Below are positions 53,331 through 64,000 of a DNA stretch of 64,000 nt, piece after piece. Position numbers and translations under genes: made by a program. How positions within the stretch are numbered: the stretch's first letter is position 1; each line of letters opens with the position of its first letter. The notes beneath the pieces were generated by a model, which did not search any database, had not been told where the DNA came from, and saw only the letters and a program-made list of their open reading frames with translations. The stretch is from Chrysomallon squamiferum (Eukaryota; Animalia; Mollusca): the NCBI GenBank assembly GCA_012295275.1, contig CM022667.1, forward strand, positions 22,320,001-22,384,000, given 5' to 3'.

Positions 53331-56064
53331 ATGATTACTGCTGATAACCGCAAAGAGACTATGCTGCACGGTTTTGTATTAAGTGAGCTTCAGCTGGTTA
53401 TTACATTTCTTTTAGCGACTGAGATCTCCTGTTTCCCAGCAGATGTTTTCAACCCTCAGTTTCAATTCACCACTGAGGGAGATCTCAACATCGGTGCCAT
53501 ATTGTCCATTCACAATTCTCAAGATGGGACGACGTGCAGTAAAAACATCTCTAGCAACAGAGCTATGGAGTACGTCGAAGCAATAATTTTCGCCATTAAC
53601 CAGATAAACAACAGCAGCGACATTCTTCCCAATATAAAACTTGGTAATAGGATTCTTGACGACTGCTTCCTTTCGTCCATGGCATTATCGAGGGCTATGC
53701 AGTTTATGCCTCATGCAAGGACGTTACAAACAGTGTGCCGGAAGAAAGAATGTGAGGGACATAATAGAATTGAAAAACTTCCACCGTTCTTTGATGTGGT
53801 TGGTGTTTTAGGGGCGTATACCAGTTCTTTGAGCATAGTCGTCGCTAACGTGATGGCGTTATTTAAAATTCCACAGATCAGTCATACGTCAACGAGCGAC
53901 ATTTTAAGTGACAAAAATAGATTTCCTTATTTTTTACGAGTTGTGCCACCTGACAAAAACCAAGTGCAGGCAATGGCGGATATTTTATATTCTTTCAACT
54001 GGACGTACGTTTCTGTTGTATACTCACAGGGCAGTTACGGTCAAGAGAGTCAGAAGAAATTAATGCCAATTTTGAAAGACTTAGATATCTGTGTTGCTCA
54101 GGCGCTTGAACTAACTGATAAAATGGGAATCAGTGATTACGATAAAATCATAAATTCACTGCGTCGATTCACATCAGCTAAAGTTGTTGTTCTTTATGCT
54201 GAAATTAAACACACCATAGCCATAATGAATGCTGTGAAACGTAATAAGGCCAAGGCTGAATTCATCTGGACAGGCAGTGATTCGCTCAGCCTCAGTCTGG
54301 ATGAACATCCAGATTTCTGTATGTCCAACCCTGGTACGTTAACAGTTGGACCGTATTCTGCTATTACATCTAAATTTTCTGCATATATGAATTCTAACCT
54401 ACATTACATAGATGATTTCAAATATTCTCCGAAAGTTCGTAACACTTTAAATTCATGGTTTTCGCTGAACCAAAGTCAAGGTACAAACAGAATCAAGGAG
54501 AAACATATTTCTTTGTCTGAAAACATTTCTGATGATGGAGAGGAATACATGCCACTTTTTGCTGCTTCTTATCTAATTGATGCTGTATATGCATTTGCGT
54601 ATGCTCTTGATGATCATATTAATGCAGACTGTGCGCATGTGCCAGCTTACAAATTGAAAACTTGTGTTACCGGAGAATCCCTTCTACCTTATTTAAAAAA
54701 AGTTACATTTAAGGGATCAGTAGGACATATATCTTTTGATAACAATGGTGACATAGTAGGCAAAATCGAAATCAGACAGTGCCAGATAGAAAGCGAGGTA
54801 CCGCGCCATCATTCGGTGGGAATATGGGACATGCGATCTCAGACATTAAGAATTGATAAAAGAAAACTACAGTGGTCGAACATGAGGATAAATGTCACAC
54901 CAGTTTCCGTTTGTGCAGAAGCTTGTAAAATTGGTGAAATTTATACCTTTCCCAAATCAACCTGTTGCTGGAAGTGCATGAAATGCAATTACAACGAAGT
55001 TACGTCAGCAAAGGCAACGCGGTGCATGGATTGCCCAGAATTCTCGTGGCCAAACGAGACTACGCGACAAACGTGTCACCCAATAGACCCAACGTTTGTC
55101 CGCATGCATGACCCCGTGGCAATTGTTCTCTGTACTTTCGCTATACTCGGTCTCGTTTCCACTGGCTTCGTTATCCTATTTTTTCATAGTTACCGAAAAG
55201 AACGTGTAATTAGGTCTTCTAGCCGAGAACTCAGTCATATGATTCTTATCGCCATTTTGGCCGCCTATTTATTGGTGTTCAGTTTTTTAGCCTTTCCAGA
55301 ACGTTTTTTCTGTTATTTAAATCATGTAGGCTTCAGTCTTACCTTCACGTGCCTCTACGCGCCACTACTTGTGAAAACAAATAGAATATACCGCATCTTC
55401 AGGGCAGGGATGAAAACAACCGTCCTTCCCAGCTGCACCAGTTCCACCTCACAGGTTGCCATAGTTACCAGTCTGCTTACTGTTCAGGTAGGTTGATTAA
55501 GAAATAATTTGTCACTTTACTCTTACCACAAAAAATGCTTTAGAAATATTTCAGGCCTATAATTAATAGGTGATAAAAACACAAAACGTGTCCCCCCCAC
55601 CTTTTTAAACTTGAAACTTTTAAATTAATTAAAAAGGCAAAGCAATTAGCATTTAGTGAATATATTTAGTTCAAAGTAATACAACCACTTTGTTTATACG
55701 ATTTGACGTCTCGAAAATAGAAACAGTGACAGTCGACGTCATACTCATGGACTTGGTATGTGATTGTTACTTTCTTATTATCCCAGATTTTTAACAAACG
55801 ACAAATTATTTGAAAACTGCTGTTTTTATTTTAATGTTATTCTTTTTGTACATAGTAGAACAGGTAAATGTTTATATTTATTACGTCTTCTAACAGTTCA
55901 ACCATACAGTAAAAATATTCTAGCTATTTATATCAGTGAAGGGAAACATATTAGACATAGAAAATAATGTAAGAATTCACATTTTGTTTTGTGTTTTTGT
56001 TGTTGTTTTTTGCTGGGTTTTCCTTTCTTGTTTTCCCCCCGTTTTTCTCCATTTATTTATTTAC

Positions 56065-56119
<55 letters not shown>

Positions 56120-59100
56120 TTGTTTGTTTGTTTGTTTGTTACAAATATGTAGTAATATATTTGTTATTCTCGTATGTTACTCATCTTCTTCTTCGTTCTC
56201 ACATGGCCACAAACAGTTACATTTCTATTATACCATGGTAATTCGACAAGCCACGAAAAAAATATTGAATAATTCTTGGCATCAAGATCTATTTTATCGT
56301 GGTGTATGACATCAGAGAAGAAATCAGTTCAGCAATTGCACGTGAAGATAACTAGTCCAACAGATAAACGAAACCAAAAATAGTGTGTCTAAATATTAAT
56401 AGTCGTAAGTATAAACAGATGTAAGATGAATGACACAGATATTCAGATTCAGATGTGGGAGATTCAGAGAGATTCAGATGGGAGATACTAAAGATTCAGA
56501 TTTCGATACAAGAACTCCTATTTCCACACACACATTAATAAATAATTTTCAGCTCTGTCGGGCTATGTGTATTTAATATCTAATATAGTTTTAAGAGAAT
56601 AAAAATTATCTAAAGATGTTCAATATTTCATCAGATTTTATTGCTTTAAACGGGTAGAAATCTCACAAACATGCTGTCTGTTGTACAGAACCATCACTTT
56701 CTAACGTTACCACTGGGTTCTTTTACAAATGGCTGACAATGGAAAGTAGGCTGAGGTGGCAGCAATTTGTTTCCTCTCATATCATCATATATTAAAAGAA
56801 TAATAAGAATAACACGTTATAAATATTAATATTAAAATATATTCGTATATATATTCATTGATTTTTGCAACAGAATGATAAAATAGGGTAGTTGTGTTCG
56901 TGACGCATTTTAAAAACATCATTTTCTTTCACTGCACCCATATTCTCCTTTCACACAGAAAATGTTTATTTCACCTTGGTTTGACATGCTGTTGTAACTT
57001 ATTTTTAAACTGAATAGTGATTTATCTTAATAATTTCTTTACACAAATCCATTTGTTGTAATCAGTTGTGAAACACATTGGCTTCCTAGTAACAGAGTCA
57101 CAACAGTACAATCATGACTTCACTCAGCTCATATTTCAATCGGTTGACTTAAATGTCAATATTTTAACTATTTTTCTAATTCCCCAAGAGACACATACCG
57201 GGCCCTTCATCTCCGCCTACATTACAATGTAATTTACAACATGGCTTATTTATGTAGAAACTAATAACTCGGCACATGATATATCACTTGACTTGTTTAT
57301 CTTAACAGTCAGCTTCTCTTTATTTCAATGTCAGATAATGTGAAATTTATGTATTAATATCAAGTGTTAACAAATTTAAAGAACTATAACATTATATGTA
57401 TTTATCATGCTGTATTTAATATACACTATGTCTTTTAAACCACAGTTTAATAATGTAACTGAATATCATTCATTTGTAACGATTTTATATCAGTAACCGA
57501 ATAAGGCCAACTGCTAATTGTTTTATGATTGAAATTGTTTAAGGGTAAGTAACTAAAATATCTTTTTAACATATTATCTTAACTTTCTTTTTCTTTATTA
57601 TTTGTGTCTGAGTGTATTTAAGTGGTAACTTTGATTAGTACTTTGTGTTTGAATTTTTTTTTTATTTGTTCTTGGTCTTTTGTAGTTTAAAAAGAAAAAA
57701 TATAAGTGAAAACGTTTGATTCCATTTTTATAGTTTTTTTCAAGATTTGTATTTATTTATTTATTTATTTACTTATTTATTTAAATCAGATCCATTTTCA
57801 GTAATTTTTATACATTTATATTGTTTTTCTTTTTGTGTCACGCAGTCAAAAAGTATGTCTAGCAAGGTGAATAAATGGATTAAATAAATTATCATTCAAA
57901 AAATCTTTTCTCTGGTGTCGGTTTTTATTTGTAATAAGAACTATTAAGGACACAGGATAAAAAAAATGTTCTCTTGTATGATGTCATCACATACGAAATG
58001 TAGAAGCTTATCAGTCAGACAGTGGAGATTTTTTTCTACTCTCTCTCTCTCTAAGCATATCAAGAATCATTTTATATAGCTATGCAATTAGTCACAGTGG
58101 AAACAAACTAATGTCTGTATCATATCGTTGCACTAAGGTATATTTTAAATATAATTTAGAAATGTAAAAAGTTTTGAATGTTCACTTTTGTACTAATGTT
58201 CACTTTGGTTGATAACATTTCATGTTTTCATTATTTCCACATCTGACGGTTCAAATTAGCAGAAATGTACAAATTATGCAAAAAGAGAAACTGTGTAAGA
58301 AATTAGAATATTTAATTTTTTTAAATTTAATTTTATCTGTTTTATTGTTATTATTTAAATAATGTAGGTTTATTCACTTGAATGTTATATGATAGGAATA
58401 ATCTATTAATAACATATAATCTACTTTAAAAACTTTAACATCAGTGTAGATGATGTTGTACAGCACTACTGTTAGTTCATTATTTTTCACAATATCATAA
58501 AGTATCAACCCTTCGATCGATGAGAAGTAATTAGTAATGCCTGTGCAATCAACAGAGGATTTACAAATTCAGTCCAGATTATAATCACCCATATATTAAG
58601 TAATAATAATAAGAAGAAGAAGATAGAAAAATTTTGTTTGATAGTATGATGAATAATTCAATTTTTGAAGAAGACTGAGCTATAACTAATTGGTAAAAAA
58701 GATCGAAGATTATAATCCATTTCTGCATCAGAAAGACAGTCCTTCCAAATGCAGTTCTGTAAAAGAAGAATAAATAAATTAAAAAAACAACAAATAAACA
58801 GTAGTATACAAATCATGTAATAAGAAAGAAAGTGTTGCAATACACACCAAACTGCATCCTCTAATTTATTAGTTGATAGTTTGTAAAATTTGATAATAAC
58901 AAACATTACACACATTTTCACCATTCATGTCTCAAACTAATAAGGAAGTTTATTAACAAAAAGAGAACGGTAATTAGAAACAAGAGTAAAAAAGTAATGG
59001 TTTCTTCCTCTTTAATTTAAGATAAGATTTCATAATGATAAGTTGGAACTCTTCATTTTTCGCCAGCGTTTCCTTACCCCATAATCGTAAATAATTCACG

Positions 59101-60744
59101 TGTCTTCGTTAATAAATGACGAAGTATCGTAAATTTGTGTTTCAACTTAATTTGATTTTAATTTAAATAATAGATAAAATAAAAATAAAATAAAACTGAA
59201 ATTTATTAAAGGGAAAATAACCACAGTAGCTAATCTTAGTATCATCTAAATCATCTAGGCATGAATGATCTTTTTAATTAGGAATTTTACTGTCGGCAAA
59301 AAACACAGTAGAAATAAATGAGGTTGTTGAAAACAGAACTCTACTAGATAAATATCGCTGTAAAGAATAAAAATAAAAATAAATAAATAACTTTATTTCG
59401 AGGAAAATCTAATATAATTTTCAGGAAGTAACGCAATTAATTATGAAGAAAAATAAGCTACAAAATGCGGCGCAGTGTATTTGTTCCAGAAATTATTGTT
59501 ATTATCAGCAGAAAGAAAGCTAAAAGGAAAAAAAAGGAGATTGTAATAATTAAACATTTATCCATTTCTTTAAATGTATATCGTTTGTTTCCCAGAGTAA
59601 AAATACTCATTGTATCACGTTATAAAACCAGAGATTTTAAAATAGCACTAAATAGTGTATGGAAAAAATAACGACATTTTAAATTCAGTGATTTTTTCCT
59701 TTTCGTAAAATACGCCTTCTAATCAAAACAACAATGTAAAATAGAAAAAAAAAAAAAACCACAAAAAAACCCCACATAAATAAATAAAAACTAACATTAC
59801 TGTTTTTCGTAGCATAATAATAATAATAATAATAATAATAAAATAAAATTACAAGAACAAGAAAAATAAATAAATAAACCACATTATAAAATAAAATTGA
59901 AAAAAACAATTCCTCTATTGTTATTTTGTTTTTGTTTTTATTATTATTATAATTAAACATGTTTTAAAAATATAAATTTCTTTTTTGTAACATTACATAT
60001 TTTTGAAATAACAGATCAAGCAAATGTCATTCGATATTTAAAACTGAGTTTATAATAATTTGACTAGATTATTTAAAAAGATAGTATTTTATAAAATTAA
60101 ATGAACGTTTGTTTATTATTTTACAGGTAATACTTGTGACGGTATCAACAAGTTTGGCGCCTCCTCACATAGTAATGCGCATGCCTGTGAGAACGCAAAA
60201 GTTTGTTGAGCTGTACTGCGATATGCCATTTGCGGGTCTGTTAACCTCGCTTTCATTCAACTTCATTCTGTTAACTTTATGTACATTTTACGCTTTTAAA
60301 ACGAGGCGACTTCCAGACAATTACAACGAGTCTCGCTACATCGCTTTCTGTGTCGACACGACGTTGTTGGTATGGATATCATTCATTCCTACGTACTTTA
60401 CGACATCACGTGGTTACTACCGCGTAGTGGTGTCATCAGTTGCACTAATTGTGAACAGTACAGTCTCACTTCTTTGTCTTTTTATTCCTAAAGTGCACGC
60501 GCTCTACCTAGAGAAGAAACAAGGTTCAACTTCTTCAGATCGATGTTATAATCCTCTACAGGTGAGAAACAAATCCGGTTTGATTTCCAACAGATGTTCT
60601 GCTAGCGATTTCACCTCCAAGTCGAGCTGCAACTTGATGACGATGGCAGAAAACACATTAGCGACGCCTAATTTACAGACTTTTAGGTCGAAGAAAGCAA
60701 AATTTGTAAAGTCAAATGGACACGAACCTTCAGCGGAAAATTAA
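53331..60744 (+). CDS. Class C GPCR, metabotropic glutamate receptor-like (Venus flytrap + cysteine-rich domain + 7TM), ~924 aa
   Basis: Exon 53327-55487 (ATG at 53331 or 53361; CAG|gtaggt) joins in phase 0 to exon 60127-60744. Motifs GDLNIGAIL, ILPNIKLG, PQISHTSTS.LSDKNRFPYFLRVVPPD, FNWTYVSVV, SVCAEAC..CCWKC, SSRELS, LLVKTNRIYRIF, KTRRLPDNYNESRYIAF, LFIPK. Signal-peptide-like hydrophobic stretch after Met53361. Confidence 0.93.
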
Positions 60745-60771
60745 AAATTTGAGCGCTGCACAATACAGTCA

Positions 60772-60900
60772 CAGTGGTATCTGTCTTTAGCGGCCCCCGA
60801 AATATCGGTCACCTAAGATGTACGGACACTTAACGAGTCGCAATTCTTTTTTGAATAGATATGTCCATTAGATCTCCGGGCATCTGTTGAACGATAAAGT
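60772..60900 (+). mobile_element. Possible Tc1/mariner(pogo)-type MITE end in the GPCR 3' region
   Basis: cagtggtatctgtctttagcggcc...cggtcacc...cggacact resembles CAGTGGAACCT-type termini with repeated CGGnCAC subterminal motifs. No partner TIR found. Confidence 0.3.
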
Positions 60901-61167
60901 GCACTGATTTTATTTTTATTTTATAGTTGTTGTTTTTTTTTTTTAAATAAAAAAATTGAACAGTCATATTGATTTGGATTTGTTTTCTCCAAAATAAATA
61001 ATTTTATTGTACGGCAGCTTTATAGGAAATTTTTAAAGATGGCGCCTCCCATTTCCTGCACTGTACGCTGCATGCAGGGAGTTCTGTTCTTGTCAAAACA
61101 AAGAGCACCTGAATTGCTGCCTCCAAACGCTTGGTCTCTAAACCGTGCAAGATCAAAATATCCAGTA

Positions 61168-61235
61168 CAGTGGTTCACAACCTTTTTTGCTCCATGCCCC
61201 ACCTCATCTAAACAATTTTGTGTCCCTCTTTCTTA
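61168..61235 (+). mobile_element. Possible hAT (Charlie-like) terminal fragment
   Basis: cagtggttcacaacctttttt resembles the CAGTGGTTCCCAACCTTTTT hAT terminus. Other end not found. Confidence 0.35.
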
Positions 61236-63026
61236 AAAGTGTAAATCCTTTAATTAAACAAAGCTAAAAATCAGGAAAACAGTTTTTCTTCCAGTTTAAG
61301 TTCAACTTAACTGAATGAGCTCAAGATAAAATAATGTAAATTAGTCATTTAGTGAGATCTCTGAGCTTAATTTATGCTACAAAGTGTTTTTATTCGAGGC
61401 ATTAATTTAGTCATTTTACATCTGCTGATATCTCCTATTATTAGTACTATTGCTTAAATGATTGTTTTATTTTATATATATATATATGTTTTTAATTGAT
61501 GTCATATTCTTTCAAAAATAAAGAATTTCATTTGTTTCTCTGAATTACTTTTCTAATTAGCCTTATTTATTTTGTTGTAAATATTTGCTAAGGTTTAAAA
61601 TTTTAGCAATACTAATTGTATAATGAAAGAAGTAATGTTACACATGCATAAATACGCAGTTTATATATATGTGTGTGTGTGTAGAAAGGACATTCTACTT
61701 TGTAGACATTATTCTTCTTATTTTTTTTTATTATTATTGCTTTATATATTATTATTAACAATTCACTAACATCATTTAACTGTCTTTTATACTTGTAGTT
61801 AGTTACATACATGAACAGTACATTTGTATTTTACAAATCATTTTGTCATCCGTGACCATTTTTCTCCTATGGCACATCATTAGGAACTCCATTTGTATTC
61901 CTCCTTAACATTATATGTTTAAACATTTGGCTAAATGACAGTCTAATTGACGTGCAGTTTTTGGGCAATTTTATAGAATACTTCTTCACATAATAATAAT
62001 AATAATAATATAACAATATAACAGTAACAACAATGACAACGACAATAATAGAACTAATTAAAAATGTCTCGGTCATCTTCATAGATCTCCTGTCGGTGGT
62101 GGTTATGATGGTGGCGTTGAATTCCAAAAAGAAGAGAATGAAAGGATTTGTATGCAGACAGACAAAGAGAGAACATTTATAAAAGAAGCACTCTTTACAC
62201 ATAATTGTTACTTAAAATAGAGGTAGCGGAAATATCAATTCATTTGCTATTCATTCCTTTACAGATTTCTATAAAGTTACATACTTTGGAAGTAATATTT
62301 AATTATTCCAGGTTTTAAATTTGTCTATACTAGTATTTGTAATAAATGGCTCTCTACTGGATTAACATTATGCCAATTTGTATTCCTTTAACTTCAGTCT
62401 TTTTTAAGTAACACCCACACACATATAAAGGCAAAGTTTCATAACAAATGTTAATAGTAAATGCCAATTTAATAGCAATGTCAGTTTTAATATCTCTTGT
62501 TGTGAGGATGGGGGTTACAAGTCGAAGAGTCACAAGTATAGTTAATAAACCACTTCTTCTATTGTTAATGAAGAATCAATTTCTGCTGGTGCCGAGTTCC
62601 AGTAAATGTCTAAATGAGGTCATAAAAGCTGTTTCATGTGAAAGCCTCAAAACAAAAAATCTTAACTAATTGATGTCAATTATTTAAATGAAAGCAGAAG
62701 AGAAGATGGAGTTAAGGCGCCTGGCAGAATTACATTACCTTTGTTACTGTTAATTTATGGAATTCAGAAAACCATCACAAAAATGTCGTCAGCAAAGAAA
62801 TATAATTTATACACTGTCTGAAATTTGGAACCAATTACATCGTTAATCCGAGGTATTACTGTAGTATGGATATCGCTTATGCACATGAAAATATCGAAAT
62901 GGTCCATATACTGAATGTAAAATTTTCTCTGTGATGCATGTTTAATGAAATGTGTTTCTAATCCACCATAAACATTTTGATTTTTTTTTGTTGTTGTTTT
63001 TCTTTATTTCTTATATAAAAGGACTT

Positions 63027-63252
63027 TAAAATGTACGTTTTTAACCACTATTATGTATGCCGGCAGAGTGATTAAAAATCTTCAATGCATCACTTTCCAA
63101 TACATGTGTAAAATGAGAAATATAAACATACATCATATCATTAAAAAAAAAAAAAAAAATTAAAATGTATGTTTTAACCACTATTATTATGTATGCTGGT
63201 ACAGTGATTTCAATGCATCACTTTCCAATACGTGTAAAATAAGAAATATAAA
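63027..63252 (+). repeat. Tandem duplication of ~100 bp separated by a poly(A)-containing spacer
   Basis: taaaatgta.gttttaaccactatt..tgtatgc.gg...agtgatt..tcaatgcatcactttccaatac..gtgtaaaat.agaaatataaa at 63027-63126 and 63161-63252. Confidence 0.8.
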
Positions 63253-63756
63253 TATTTTTCCTTATCACTTGAGTCAAGAAAGATTAGTTCACAATATCTT
63301 TTTTTTTAAAGAGAAACACAGCTGATATCTTGTTATTACATGATTAAACTGCATATTACTAATAATTTGTATTTCTTTAAACAAAAATTAGTGTTTAGTA
63401 ACCAAAACGTTTATCTCAGTTGTAATGTTGATCGCATGTCTGATGCCTGACCCTCATTAAATTAACTTTTTTCATAAGAACAATTAAGCATTAACTTGGC
63501 TAATAGTTGTGCTAGTTGGAGTTTCAGCACAACCCTCAAAAAAATAAAATAAAAATTTAAAAAAAAAAAAACAACCCAAAACCAAACAATTTCAGATAAA
63601 TGTAAATGTGATTTGAAGTTAATTGAATAACCATAACACCTAAAACTGATCTGAGCTGTGCATGGTTTCCATAGTTCCCATAATATTATAGTTATGAGCT
63701 GGCCAAGGTTTGGACCTGTGCTTTAAAGTTTTAGGTATCTTAGCATGTTTGTTAAT

Positions 63757-64000
63757 CTAGCCATCATGTAGTGCACCATGCCAAAAACAATCAGTCCTGA
63801 AAAAGTTTATGTCATGTATACTAAGGCACTTCTTAAAAGAGTTCATTGACACATTACAGTTTCCACACTTTGATGTTGTGTGCTGTTCCACACAATCCAG
63901 GACGTGTTGGTTTTCAGGCTGTCTGACCAGTCTGACCAGTCTCAACAAACGCAGTGAACTTCTTGGTATTTTTGACAAAGTGGTTGAGGTGCTTCCCTGG
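63757..64000 (-). mobile_element. Possible decayed piggyBac-like transposase C-terminus (cysteine-rich domain), continuing beyond the window
   Basis: DCVEQHTTSKCGNCNVSMNSFKKCLSIH resembles the T-x2-C-x2-C-x-V-x-LC...CF-x2-H pattern. No TTAA-CCC terminus located. Confidence 0.35.

Noticed and set aside
53331-60744. Assigning a GRM1-8 gene symbol
   Set aside because: Binding-pocket and loop divergence make orthology uncertain without a phylogeny.

Overview
AT-rich, microsatellite-laden eukaryotic (animal) genomic DNA with GT-AG spliceosomal introns; an invertebrate, probably lophotrochozoan, is my inference. Four protein-coding loci can be reconstructed by hand. (1) The last two coding exons of a single-pass membrane protein with cytoplasmic PPxY motifs (+, 4115-7478). 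(2) A complete 18-coding-exon UTP4/cirhin gene (-, 16622-27981, 685 aa). (3) A complete CHTF8 gene (+, 28665-32796, 120 aa), head-to-head with UTP4 as in human. (4) An mGluR-like class C GPCR with two coding exons (+, 53331-60744, ~924 aa) whose distal glutamate-binding residues appear substituted. Mobile elements include an internally deleted FLYWCH-MULE, a TAG-ended 1.6-kb DNA transposon with an unrecognised ORF in the UTP4 intron after the first coding exon, and a Sola2-like MITE in a CHTF8 intron. There is also an I-group LINE with both ends and an 11-bp TSD that keeps gag, endonuclease and RNase H but lacks the whole reverse transcriptase. A CpG-poor to CpG-rich switch occurs near 37.5 kb. 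I found no convincing wholly new system; the best leads are the RT-less LINE, the orphan class C receptor and the unclassified transposon.
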